Shown here in pieces: positions 10,118 to 19,662 of a stretch of DNA of 64,000 bases (position 1 is its first letter; each line of letters opens with the position of its first letter). Under the pieces are notes generated by a model that was not told where the DNA came from, made no database searches, and saw nothing but the letters and a program-made list of their open reading frames with translations. The position numbers and the translations under genes were made by a program. Origin of the DNA: an uncultured Chloroflexia bacterium (GTDB lineage: Bacteria; Chloroflexota; Limnocylindria; Limnocylindrales; CSP1-4). The stretch lies in NCBI GenBank assembly GCA_963720755.1, contig CAVRGP010000002.1:64001-128000 (forward strand). The letters are read 5' to 3'.

Positions 10118-11040
10118 GATCGGGCGACCGCATCCGGACGAGCGTCCCGGGCCGCCGCGGCGAGCCGCCGGGAGGTCCGCAACGCGACAGCCGGTCTGAC
10201 CAGGACGAGCGCCCGGATCATCTGGGCGACGCCTTCCTCGGTGAGGGGCGGCGCGACGTAGCGGGCGACAGCCTGGACCCCCGTTGGAGCGGTCGGCATC
10301 GCGGCGCCATGGCCGACCTCGGCGAGCATCTCGAAGTCGTTCCACTGGTCGCCGATCGCCATCACCGCGCCGAGTGGGATGCCGAGCCGACGAGCGAGCC
10401 AGCGGACGGCGCGCCCCTTCGAGACGCCGGGGGCGACGAATTCGATGAAGTGGGAGTGACTGACCGTCACGTCCGCCAGGCCGGCGAACCTGGCCCGCGC
10501 GCGCGGGGCGACCTCGGTGGGCAATGGCGGTTCCCCGGCACACATGACCTTGGTCACCGGATGACGGATCGAGTCGATCAGGTCGTCGGCCAGATGGGGC
10601 TTGGCGCCCATGAATGTCGCGTACTCGTCGGCTCGGGGATCGTCGGTGCGAACGATGAAGCGCTCGAGATGGTTGACGTGCGGGTCGAGACCCTGGGCCC
10701 GCGTCCAGACCACGACATCCCGGGCGATCTCTGCGCGCAGCGGTGTATGGACGAGCAGCCGGCCAGGCCGATCGGAGCCGGGAGCCGGCATCTCGCGGAT
10801 CAGGGCGCCCTGGTAGCCGACGACCGGGGCCGTGAGTTCCAGTTGCCGAGCGAACCGAACCGCACTGGAGACCATCCGTCCGGTGATCAGGCTGACGATG
10901 ACACCACGATCGCGGGCTGCCCGGATCGCTTGCCGGGTGTCCGGGCCGATGATCATGTCGTCCCCGATGAGCGTGCCGTCGATGTCGAGGGCGACCAGCT
11001 CGATGGGCAGGATGGGGTCGGGTGTCTTGATCGCGGGCAC
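10114..11040 (-). CDS. Cof-type HAD-IIB hydrolase
   Basis: DIDGTL, ITGR, GVSKG, GDQWNDFEML motifs. Confidence 0.92.
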   Translation of the reverse strand: MPAIKTPDPILPIELVALDIDGTLIGDDMIIGPDTRQAIRAARDRGVIVSLITGRMVSSAVRFARQLELTAPVVGYQGALIREMPAPGSDRPGRLLVHTPLRAEIARDVVVWTRAQGLDPHVNHLERFIVRTDDPRADEYATFMGAKPHLADDLIDSIRHPVTKVMCAGEPPLPTEVAPRARARFAGLADVTVSHSHFIEFVAPGVSKGRAVRWLARRLGIPLGAVMAIGDQWNDFEMLAEVGHGAAMPTAPTGVQAVARYVAPPLTEEGVAQMIRALVLVRPAVALRTSRRLAAAARDARPDAVARS

Positions 11041-11099
11041 ACCGTGATGATGCCCGACGATGGCGTCGGACGCTGGCAGCGTCCCGGGGATCGGGAGCC

Positions 11100-12062
11100 C
11101 TAGCCGGTCGCTCGGTCGCGCCCTGGTCGATCGACCCTGGCGACACGCGGCAGGCCGCCGAGGTCCCGCTCGACGACGCAGGCCCAGCCAGGCAGCCGCC
11201 CGGCCGTCAGCGCCACGATCGATTCGCCCTGGTCGGCGCCGATCTCGAGGAGCGTCAGGCCGCCGGCGACCAGGACGGTCGGCAGACGGTCGAGCAACCG
11301 GCCGATGACCTCGAGCCCGTCGGGTCCGCCGTCGAGCGCCAGGGCAGGCTCGAACGTGGTGGCCACCGGCAGCTCCGTCATCGCGTCCCGGCGAACGTAC
11401 GGGAGGTTGGCAAGGACGAGATCGTACCCATCGCGTGCGTCACCGGATGGCAGGAGGTCCGCCTCCACGAAATTGATCCGATCGGCGACCCCGTGCCCGA
11501 CCGCATTCTCGCGAGCCAGCGCGAGGGCGTCGGGCGAGATGTCGACGGCCGTGATGTCCACGTCACCGGAGGCGCCGAACCGCCGCATCGCTACCGCGAG
11601 GGCGATGGCGATCGCGCCGCTGCCGGTGCCGACATCCACGATCCGGAGCGGCGGCGCCCCGGGTTCACGCACCGCGGAGGTAAGTCGCCGAACCGACTCC
11701 GCTTCCGCGAGATCCACGATCTGCTCCGTCTCCGGGCGTGGGATCAGTGCCCGACGATCGACCTGGAAGGCGAGGCCGTGGAACTCCTTGAAGCCGCGCA
11801 GGTAGGCGACCGGCTCGCCCGCCGCCCGCCGTTCGAGGTCGGCCCGGTAGCGGCGCGCGGCATCGGGCCCGACCGGCGCTTCCGAATGGGCGAGCACCGC
11901 CGTCCGACCGACCCCGATCGCGTGCCCGAGCAGCAGCTCCGCGTCGAGCCTCGGGGTCTCCGAACCGGCTGCGGCCAGGAATGCCGCCCCGTCCCGCAAC
12001 AGGACCCCGGTGATCTCGGTCGCGCCCCCGCCGGGCCGCTCAGGCGACGCCGTCACCGTCAC
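11100..12062 (-). CDS. prmC: Release factor glutamine methyltransferase
   Basis: LIPRPETE, DVGTGSGAI, ANLPY, ALDGGPDG; downstream of prfA. Confidence 0.95.
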   Translation of the reverse strand: MTVTASPERPGGGATEITGVLLRDGAAFLAAAGSETPRLDAELLLGHAIGVGRTAVLAHSEAPVGPDAARRYRADLERRAAGEPVAYLRGFKEFHGLAFQVDRRALIPRPETEQIVDLAEAESVRRLTSAVREPGAPPLRIVDVGTGSGAIAIALAVAMRRFGASGDVDITAVDISPDALALARENAVGHGVADRINFVEADLLPSGDARDGYDLVLANLPYVRRDAMTELPVATTFEPALALDGGPDGLEVIGRLLDRLPTVLVAGGLTLLEIGADQGESIVALTAGRLPGWACVVERDLGGLPRVARVDRPGRDRATG

Positions 12063-13131
12063 CGAGCCGGTCGGCCTGGTCGGCCATCACGAGCGCGTCG
12101 ATCAGATCGTCGAGCACGCCGTCCATGATCGCCGGCAGGTTGTGGACGGTCTTGCCGATGCGGTGATCCGTGACCCGGTCCTGCGGGAAGTTGTAGGTAC
12201 GGATCTTGTCCGACCGGTCACCCGACCCGACCATCGAGCGGCGGGCCGCCGAATCCGCCTCGCGCTGCTTCTGCTGCTGAAGGTCGTACAGGCGCGAGCG
12301 CAGCACGGAGATGGCCTTGGCCTTGTTCTTGTGCTGGCTCTTCTCGTCCTGGATCTCGACGACGAGACCGGTCGGCAGGTGGGTCACCCGGACGGCCGAG
12401 TCGGTCGTGTTCACGGACTGCCCGCCAGGCCCGGACGCGCGCTTGACGTCGATCCGCAGATCGCGCTCCTCGTCGATCTCGATCTCGACCTCGTCCACCT
12501 CGGGCAGGACGATCACGGTCACGGTCGACGTGTGGATCCGCCCGGACGACTCGGTCGCCGGGATCCGTTGGACCCGGTGGACACCACCCTCGAACTTGAG
12601 CCGGCTGTAGGCGCCATCACCGTGGATCTGGACGATCGCCTCCTTGATCCCGCCGATCCCGGTCTCATTGAGGCTGAGCAGTTCGGGCGTGAATCGATGC
12701 CGTTCCGCATAGCGGACATACATCCGATAGAGCTCCGCCGCGAACAGGGCCGCCTCGTCGCCGCCGGCACCGCCCCTGATCTCCATGATCACGTCGCGGC
12801 CGTCATTCGGGTCGCGCGGCAGGAGCAGGACCTTGAGCTCCTCGAGCAACCTCGACTCATCGGCTTCGAGCCGGACGATCTCCTCGCGCGCCATCCCCTT
12901 CAGTTCATCGTCCGCGTCGGGGCCATCGCGGAGCTCGCGAGCCCCAGCCAGCTCCATCCGGGTGGCCTCCAACCGGCGGTAGGCGCCGACGACCGGTTCC
13001 AGCCGGGCCATCTCCTGGCCGATCCGGCGGATCGTGGGGGGATCGGCCGACGTCTCCGGTCGGGCCATCTCCGCTTGCAGGTCGTCGTACTGCCGGGCGA
13101 TGTCGGCCAGTTTGTCGTCGAGATCGCTCAT
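12040..13131 (-). CDS. prfA: Peptide chain release factor 1
   Basis: PAT anticodon-mimic (QRIPATES), GPGGQSVN, KIRTYNFPQ. Confidence 0.98.
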   Translation of the reverse strand: MSDLDDKLADIARQYDDLQAEMARPETSADPPTIRRIGQEMARLEPVVGAYRRLEATRMELAGARELRDGPDADDELKGMAREEIVRLEADESRLLEELKVLLLPRDPNDGRDVIMEIRGGAGGDEAALFAAELYRMYVRYAERHRFTPELLSLNETGIGGIKEAIVQIHGDGAYSRLKFEGGVHRVQRIPATESSGRIHTSTVTVIVLPEVDEVEIEIDEERDLRIDVKRASGPGGQSVNTTDSAVRVTHLPTGLVVEIQDEKSQHKNKAKAISVLRSRLYDLQQQKQREADSAARRSMVGSGDRSDKIRTYNFPQDRVTDHRIGKTVHNLPAIMDGVLDDLIDALVMADQADRLGDGDGVA

Positions 13132-14096
13132 GACCCGGGTGGCGTGTCACCCGGCGCGGCGGCGACGTCCTCTTCCGGCCCCAGACGCATGGGCCGCTGG
13201 GCGAACGCGCCCGAGCCGGTCGGGATCGCCTCACCGTCAGCTTCGAGCGCCTGCTCCATCGACACGATCGCGACTTCGATCATGTCGTCGCTCGGGCGCT
13301 TGGTGGTGATCATCTGGACGAGCAGGCCGGGGTAGAGCAGGACCTTGACCAGCGGGTTGGAGCGATGGCGCGCCCCGAACTTGAGGATCTCGTAGCCGAC
13401 CGCGGCGATCACCGGGATCAGCAGGATCCGACTGGCGATCATGATCAGCGGCGTCTGCCGACCCACGAGCGAGAACGCGATGATCGACAGCAGGATGACG
13501 ATGACCAGGAATTCGGTGCCGCAGCGCTGGTGGGCGGTCGGGTACTTCCGAACCTCGTCCACGGTCAGCGGGTCGCCGGCTTCGAGGGCGTGGATGGTCA
13601 TGTGCTCGGCACCGTGGTACTGGAAGACCCGGGCGATGTCGGGCGAACGCCCGATGACGATGAGATAGCCGAGGAAGATCGCCACCCGGACCAGGCCCTC
13701 GACCAGGTGCTGGACCAGGCCGTTGTCGATGTTCGAGGTCGTCACCGAGGCGATGAACAGCGGTAACAGGAAGAAGACGCCGATCCCGGCCGCGAGGGTC
13801 AGGGTGAGCATGAGGATGACCGAGCCCTTGCCCAGCTCGACACCCGCCTCCTCGGCCTGGACGTTCGCGCTCCGGACGAGCCAGCGGGTCCCCACGACCA
13901 GCGTCTCGTAGAGCACGACCAGCCCGCGGATCAGCGGCCATTTCGACCAACGGGTGCCATGGAACCCCGAGTCGAGCCGCTCGGTCGCGAACACGATCTC
14001 GCCGTCCGGATGGCGCAGGGCCACGGCGATCGCATCGCGACCGCGCATCAGGACGCCTTCGATCAGGGCCTGGCCGCCGTAGGTGTAATTGGGCAT
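13128..14096 (-). CDS. DUF1385 family membrane protein
   Basis: YGGQALIEGVLMRG, YHGAEH, HQRCGT motifs; conserved rpmE-DUF1385-prfA context. Confidence 0.93.
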   Translation of the reverse strand: MPNYTYGGQALIEGVLMRGRDAIAVALRHPDGEIVFATERLDSGFHGTRWSKWPLIRGLVVLYETLVVGTRWLVRSANVQAEEAGVELGKGSVILMLTLTLAAGIGVFFLLPLFIASVTTSNIDNGLVQHLVEGLVRVAIFLGYLIVIGRSPDIARVFQYHGAEHMTIHALEAGDPLTVDEVRKYPTAHQRCGTEFLVIVILLSIIAFSLVGRQTPLIMIASRILLIPVIAAVGYEILKFGARHRSNPLVKVLLYPGLLVQMITTKRPSDDMIEVAIVSMEQALEADGEAIPTGSGAFAQRPMRLGPEEDVAAAPGDTPPGS

Positions 14097-14175
14097 GCGG
14101 GCAAGTCTACCGGGTGCGGGGTATGGCTCCGTCGAGGTCAGGCCACTCGCAGCGGCCGGTGGCCGTGGTCAGACG

Positions 14176-14388
14176 CTAGCTGCGGACCTGGCGCTCGAGG
14201 CGCTTCTGGAAACGCTCGACCTGGCCCGCTGTGTCGATGATGTTCTGCTTGCCGGTGAAGAACGGGTGGCAGTTGCCGCACACGTCGACGCGCAGTTCGG
14301 GCCGGGTCGAACCGACGGTCCATTCGGTCCCGCACGATCCGCAGTGGACCTTGGCCTGGAAGTATTTGGGGTGGATATCGGACTTCAC
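14176..14388 (-). CDS. rpmE: 50S ribosomal protein L31 (Zn-binding type)
   Basis: [13 protein letters not shown]...[12 protein letters not shown]. Confidence 0.97.
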   Translation of the reverse strand: MKSDIHPKYFQAKVHCGSCGTEWTVGSTRPELRVDVCGNCHPFFTGKQNIIDTAGQVERFQKRLERQVRS

Positions 14389-14461
14389 GAGAGGTTCTCC
14401 TCCGACGCCGTCCGTGCCGGGTGATGACCCAGCCGGTGGTCGCCGGTACGTTCCGGGGTGG

Positions 14462-14737
14462 CTAGGCGCTCGCTGCGGTCGCTTCGACCGCCTCGACCCG
14501 GATGCGCTTCTTGGTCTTGGTGGCGTGTTCGAACCGGACCTTGCCGGTGATCGTCGCGAACACGGTGTAATCGTGACCCAGGCCGGTCCCGGGACCGGAC
14601 AGGAACGTCATCCCGCGCTGACGGACGATGATCGACCCGGCAGGCACGAGCTGGCCGTCGCCGGCCTTGACGCCGAGGCGCTGGCCGACGCTGTCGCGGC
14701 CGTTCTTGACGCTGCCGCCCGCTTTCTTATGTGCCAT
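14462..14737 (-). CDS. rpmA: 50S ribosomal protein L27
   Basis: [16 protein letters not shown]...RLGVK...IIVRQRG. Confidence 0.98.
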   Translation of the reverse strand: MAHKKAGGSVKNGRDSVGQRLGVKAGDGQLVPAGSIIVRQRGMTFLSGPGTGLGHDYTVFATITGKVRFEHATKTKKRIRVEAVEATAASA

Positions 14738-14742
14738 CTCGT

Positions 14743-15462
14743 CTACTCGTCCTTCTTGGTGCTTCGGGTGCGCTTCGGGGCCGTTGTCTTCTTGGTGGTC
14801 TCCGGGGTCGCGTCCGAGTCCGCGGCGTCTGCGGTCGATGCCGTGGACCTGCTCGACGGCGTGGTCTTGCCCGCCGTCGATGACTTGGCCGTGGCGGTCG
14901 ATGCCTTCGGCGCGGCCTTGGCGGCGGGCTCGGCCTTGGTCTTCGCCGGGGCCGCCTTCTTGGCCGCAGTCGCCTTGGGCGCTGCCTTCGCCGGCTTCTT
15001 GACGTCGGCCTCAGCCTCGGCACCGAGCGCGAGCTTCGCGGCAAGCTCGGCATCCTTGGCAGCCTGCGCGGTGGCGGCCTCCTCGATGCGCTGCCGTTCG
15101 GTCTTCGCGTCGTCCTTCGCCTTGCTGGCGATCTTGGCCGCACTCTTGCCGGCCAGCGTGATGTCGGCGATGCGCAGGACGGTGAGTTCCTGGCGATGCC
15201 CCTTCTTCACGCGACTACGGGCCTTGGGTCGGTATTTGAAGGAGATCAGCTTCGGGCCACGGGTCTGGGAGACGACCTCGGCGCTCACCGACGCGTCCAC
15301 CACGACTGGCTGACCGATGGACGACTGATCGCCGTCGGCCACGAGCAGCACGCGGTCGAACGTGATCGTCTTGCCGGGTTCGACGTCGAGCAACTCGACT
15401 TCGAGTTCTGTTCCGACCTCGACGCGGTATTGCTTTCCGCCGGTCTCGATGACTGCGTACAT
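14743..15462 (-). CDS. rplU: 50S ribosomal protein L21 with long Ala/Lys-rich C-terminal extension
   Basis: [14 protein letters not shown]...GHRQELT core then ~135 extra residues. Confidence 0.96.
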   Translation of the reverse strand: MYAVIETGGKQYRVEVGTELEVELLDVEPGKTITFDRVLLVADGDQSSIGQPVVVDASVSAEVVSQTRGPKLISFKYRPKARSRVKKGHRQELTVLRIADITLAGKSAAKIASKAKDDAKTERQRIEEAATAQAAKDAELAAKLALGAEAEADVKKPAKAAPKATAAKKAAPAKTKAEPAAKAAPKASTATAKSSTAGKTTPSSRSTASTADAADSDATPETTKKTTAPKRTRSTKKDE

Positions 15463-15566
15463 GGATCCTCAGGGCTCGTGTCTTGTCGTGTCTTCGCGAC
15501 CGCGCGCGGCCACCGCTGACATCGGACGTGAAAAGGCGCGCGGCGACGCCGACGCGCAGACGAGAG

Positions 15567-15596
15567 ATTGTACGTCTCCGCCGGCCGAACGGTCAA
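15567..15596 (-). promoter_or_regulatory. Sigma70-type promoter for rplU-rpmA
   Basis: TTGACC-N18-TACAAT on minus strand. Confidence 0.75.
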
Positions 15597-15805
15597 TCGT
15601 ATGTACTCGTTCGGTACGTCCGTTACCCATCGATGCCGACGGAGGCCAGGAACTCGGCCTCTGGCCCCTTCACGCAGCCCCAGCAGCTCGGAGACCCGGG
15701 ACACTGGCGCGCCCGGAGGGCTACGGACGCGCAACGCCCCCTGGTTCCAGCAAGGGATGCCACGCGCCCATCGCCCACTCTAGCCGAACAGCCCGGGACG
15801 TCGCC

Positions 15806-16534
15806 TCAGCGCAGTCGGCCGGCCACCGGGTCATCTGCCAGGATCAGTCGTTCCCGAACGATCGCGTCGGACCCCAGGTCGATCCCGCTCGCGTCTGCAA
15901 GGGCTGCCACCACCTCGTCCGGCCGGCCGGTGCCCAGCTCGGGGTGCATCAGGGTCGTGAATCGGACCGACAACGGGGGCCCTGCGTCCACGACCTGGAC
16001 GTCGGCCAGAAGGGGCCGCAGATCGTAGGTCACGATCCTGTTGCCCTTGGCGCGCTCGCGGGGCAGCGACTCGGCCGCGAGCAGCGATGCGGCGGCGGCA
16101 CGGACCCTCGCGGGATCGACATCACCCAGCTCGACCCGGTAGACGGCGCCGACGACCTGGCCGGCGAGCGCCGGGCTGCCCAGCCAGACGTCGTAGAGGT
16201 CGATCAGGCGCCAACCGGGCGGCAACCGATCGACCAGGGCCGCGCGCACACGCCAGGACGGCTCCCGCCGCGTGAGCACGATGTCGGCGAGGTCGCGCTC
16301 CGCGGCCATCCGATCGGGGAGGGGCGCACCGAAGGCGACCCGTGGACGCAACCGGCCCGGGGGGCAGAAGACGGGTAGCCCTGAGGTCTCGAGCATCGCC
16401 TCCCAGGCGTCCGGCCGATCACGACCGTGCCCGCCTGCCGTACCGTCCCCGGCTCCGACCGCCGCTTCGGGACTTCGAGCCAGGGCGAGACGCCAACGCT
16501 GGCGCGGGACGGCGGGTGCTGTTCCATCGGCCAC
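15806..16534 (-). CDS. DUF2344 / radical-SAM-linked protein family (TIGR03936-like)
   Basis: GLPV...PRVAFGAPLP, LPPG, YDLRPL, GTGRPDEV motifs; sits upstream of rplU; start uncertain. Confidence 0.8.
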   Translation of the reverse strand: MADGTAPAVPRQRWRLALARSPEAAVGAGDGTAGGHGRDRPDAWEAMLETSGLPVFCPPGRLRPRVAFGAPLPDRMAAERDLADIVLTRREPSWRVRAALVDRLPPGWRLIDLYDVWLGSPALAGQVVGAVYRVELGDVDPARVRAAAASLLAAESLPRERAKGNRIVTYDLRPLLADVQVVDAGPPLSVRFTTLMHPELGTGRPDEVVAALADASGIDLGSDAIVRERLILADDPVAGRLR

Positions 16535-16554
16535 GTCTGGTAGTGTGCGGCCTG

Positions 16555-17808
16555 ATGGACGAGCCCGCGCCACCGACCGTCGACGGTCCCGCGAACCCGC
16601 TGGCGCCGTGGGCTGCGTCCCTGCCCCCGCCGCCCTTCGTGACGGAAGCCGAAGCGCCAGGGTCGTACCGCATGGCCCCGTTGTCGCCGCGGGTGTTCAT
16701 CCTGATCGCAGCCGGTCTGATCGCGGGGCTCGTCCTGTGGATGGCTCGTGACAGCATCCGACCGTTCATCCTCGGGCTTCTGTTCGTCTACCTGCTCGAT
16801 CCACCCGTCCGCTGGCTCGCCCGACGGGGTGTTCGCCGGACACTGGCGATCCTGATCGTGTACGTCCTCGGGATCGCCGCGTTCGTCGGGTTCCTGGCGG
16901 TGACCCTGACCCCCCTGGTCAACCAGTTCATCCGGTTCGTCGAGGATTTCCCGAAACTGGCCAACGACCTCAACGGCCAGCTCCAGCACCTGAGTGACAT
17001 CTACCGCAACCTGGACATCCCGCCCGCGCTCCGGGACTGGATCGACAACCTGATCGCCGGGATCGGGAGCGGTAGCTCAGGCGGGAGCACGATCGACATC
17101 AAGACGATCCTGCCGCTCCTCACCGGAGCCAGCAGCCTGCTCGGCGCGCTGTTCGCCTACTTCATCCTGCCGGTCTGGGTGGCCTACATCCTCAAGGACA
17201 AGACCGACCTGGTCGCAACCTTCGATCGGTCGCTGCCGAGTTCGTGGCGGTTCGACGTCTGGGCCGTCATCAAGACCGTCGAACGTGACTTCGGACAATG
17301 GGTTCGAGGCCAGCTCTTCCTGGGACTCGTGGTCGGGGTCGCCACGTTCATCGGCCTGCTCGTCCTGGCCGAGTTCGTCGATCCGATCTTCGGCCAGTAC
17401 GCCGTCCTCCTCGCGGTCATCGCCGGATTGCTCGAACTCGTTCCGATCATCGGACCGATCATCTCGGCGGTGCCCGCCGTGCTCCTCGCCGCCACGGTCG
17501 GGGCGGCGGCGGTGGTGGCGGCCCTGCTGCTGTACTTCCTCGTCCAGCAGGTCGAGAACAACTTCCTCGTGCCCAAGATCCAGGGCAACGCGGTCCAGCT
17601 GCATCCGGCCGCGGTGGTATTCGCGATCATCGTCGGCGGTTCGCTGGCCGGATTGCTGGGCGCGATCCTGGCGCTGCCGGTGACGGCGGCGTTCCGCGAC
17701 GTGACCCGCTACCTGTTCCGCCGACTGAGCCCGGATGAGCCCGCCGCACTGGCACTCTCGCTCAGCGCCATCGGGCTCGGCCCGGATGCTGCCTCGACCG
17801 ATGGCTGA
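16555..17808 (+). CDS. AI-2E family transporter
   Basis: YLLDPPV, LELVPIIGP, QQVENNFLVPKIQG, LHP, GAILALP. Confidence 0.93.
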   Translation: MDEPAPPTVDGPANPLAPWAASLPPPPFVTEAEAPGSYRMAPLSPRVFILIAAGLIAGLVLWMARDSIRPFILGLLFVYLLDPPVRWLARRGVRRTLAILIVYVLGIAAFVGFLAVTLTPLVNQFIRFVEDFPKLANDLNGQLQHLSDIYRNLDIPPALRDWIDNLIAGIGSGSSGGSTIDIKTILPLLTGASSLLGALFAYFILPVWVAYILKDKTDLVATFDRSLPSSWRFDVWAVIKTVERDFGQWVRGQLFLGLVVGVATFIGLLVLAEFVDPIFGQYAVLLAVIAGLLELVPIIGPIISAVPAVLLAATVGAAAVVAALLLYFLVQQVENNFLVPKIQGNAVQLHPAAVVFAIIVGGSLAGLLGAILALPVTAAFRDVTRYLFRRLSPDEPAALALSLSAIGLGPDAASTDG

Positions 17809-18421
17809 CCGGATCGACCCCTACAAGACGCTGCAGGTCGACTCGGAGGCGGAACATGAGGTCATCCAGGCGGCCTATCGACGGCTGGCTCGCAAATACC
17901 ACCCGGATCTGGCCGAATCGCCCGAGGCGGCGGACAGGATGTCGGCGATCAACGCAGCCTGGGAGATGATCGGCGATCCAGCGGCTCGGCGGGCCTTCGA
18001 TCTCGGACGGGCGGGATCCGGAGGTGGTCCGGCCGGTCCATCGGCAACGTCGCCGACCAGGGCCGACCCGGGACGGGCAGCGCCGACCCCGCCCCCCGAT
18101 GTCGTCTCCCGGGACTGGACAAGCGGGCGATCGACCCAGGGTGGCGGGTTCGACGAATCGATGCGCACCGCCCAGGGGTTCGGTGCCGCAGGTCCTCCGC
18201 CCGGCCGACCGTCGGGGACCGTGCTCAACTTCGGTCGCTACGCCGGCTGGTCGTTGGGCGAGGTCGCGCGCCACGACCTGGAGTACATCGAGTGGCTGGA
18301 CCGGGCACCGATCGGGCGGAACTATCGACCTGAAGTCGATGCCATCCTTCGGTCGGCCGGTCGCCGCCGCTCGGCCGACGGCGACGCTGAAGAACGGCGC
18401 GGCCTCTACCGTCGGCGCTAG
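17801..18421 (+). CDS. DnaJ-domain protein with C-terminal FGxY-G...YxxWL domain
   Basis: DPYKTL...AYRRLARKYHPD J domain; C-terminal LNFGRYAGWSLGEV...YIEWL. Confidence 0.88.
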   Translation: MADRIDPYKTLQVDSEAEHEVIQAAYRRLARKYHPDLAESPEAADRMSAINAAWEMIGDPAARRAFDLGRAGSGGGPAGPSATSPTRADPGRAAPTPPPDVVSRDWTSGRSTQGGGFDESMRTAQGFGAAGPPPGRPSGTVLNFGRYAGWSLGEVARHDLEYIEWLDRAPIGRNYRPEVDAILRSAGRRRSADGDAEERRGLYRRR

Positions 18422-19662
18422 GCCGCCCGGCCCGGCGCCGGACCTTCTCCGGCGATCGCCCGTGGGACGCTGACCGCCAGCAGGTACGGCGCGACGACGG
18501 TCGTCGCGATGACCGCCACGAGGATCGCGCTGAACAGGTCCGATGTCAGCAGGCCGGTCGTGAGACCCAGCGTTGCGACCACGACGCCGACCTCACCGCG
18601 CGGGACCATCCCGCTGCCGACGGCGATCGACGGCCATCGTCCCAGCGACCGGGCGCCGAGCACCCCGCCGATCCCCTTGGTGACGACGCCGGCGACCGCC
18701 AGGACGAGGGCGAGGATCGCGATGCTGGGGTCGAGCAAGGCGCCGAGGTCGAGCTGGGCACCGGTCACAGCGAAGAAGAACGGGATGAAGATGAGTCCGA
18801 GCGGACGCATCTCATGTTCCAGCTCCTCCCGGGCTTCGGTCTCGGCCACGATGAGTCCGGCCACGAACGCGCCGATGATGCCGGCCAGGCCGATCCAGGT
18901 GGCGACGAGCGCCAGCGCGAACATCATGATGAACGCCGGAACGAGCGGCGAATCGGCGAACAGCGGCCAGGTGAACACCTCTCGTGGAAGGCCCCGTGCC
19001 CGTCGCGCGGCGACGAACCCGAGCAGGACGAGCCCGACGGCGGCAAGGGCAACGAACAGCGTCGAGGCCGACAGATCGCCCTCTGCGGCACCGGACACCA
19101 GGCCGATCAGGATGAGGGCGAGGACGTCATCGATCACGGCGGCGCCGAGCACGACCCGGGCGAACGGCCGCCCGAGCACCTTCATCTCGGCCAGGACCCG
19201 GCTGGTGATCCCGATGCTCGTGGCCGCGAGGGCGAGCCCGACGAACGCCGCGGTTGCCAGCTCCTCACCGGCGACGAGACCGATGCCGATCCCGATGACC
19301 AGCGGCAGGATCATCCCGATCAGGGCGGTCAGGATGGCGGGCCGTCCGACCGCCAGCAGGTCATCCATCCGGACTTCCAGACCGACCGTGAACAGGAGGA
19401 TCACGATCCCGATCTCGGCCAGGACGTTCGCGGTCTCGGCGGGGGCCACGAGACCCAGGGCATAGGGACCGACGACGAACCCGCCGAGCAGTTCGCCGAC
19501 GACGGCCGGCTGCCGCAACCGGCGGGCGACCTCCTCGCCGAGCTTTGCCCCCACGAACAGGATGAACACACCGAGGAGGACGTCGAACGACGCGGCCCCG
19601 GAAGCCTGCAGGAGCGGTGCGGTCCCGACATGAGGCGCGAGACTCGCGATGAGCGGCGACAT
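18418..19662 (-). CDS. Cation:proton antiporter (CPA2/Kef/NapA-like)
   Basis: PAVVGELLGG, LLFTVGLE, ATSIGIT, AAVIDD, GMVPRGEV. Confidence 0.92.
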   Translation of the reverse strand: MSPLIASLAPHVGTAPLLQASGAASFDVLLGVFILFVGAKLGEEVARRLRQPAVVGELLGGFVVGPYALGLVAPAETANVLAEIGIVILLFTVGLEVRMDDLLAVGRPAILTALIGMILPLVIGIGIGLVAGEELATAAFVGLALAATSIGITSRVLAEMKVLGRPFARVVLGAAVIDDVLALILIGLVSGAAEGDLSASTLFVALAAVGLVLLGFVAARRARGLPREVFTWPLFADSPLVPAFIMMFALALVATWIGLAGIIGAFVAGLIVAETEAREELEHEMRPLGLIFIPFFFAVTGAQLDLGALLDPSIAILALVLAVAGVVTKGIGGVLGARSLGRWPSIAVGSGMVPRGEVGVVVATLGLTTGLLTSDLFSAILVAVIATTVVAPYLLAVSVPRAIAGEGPAPGRAA

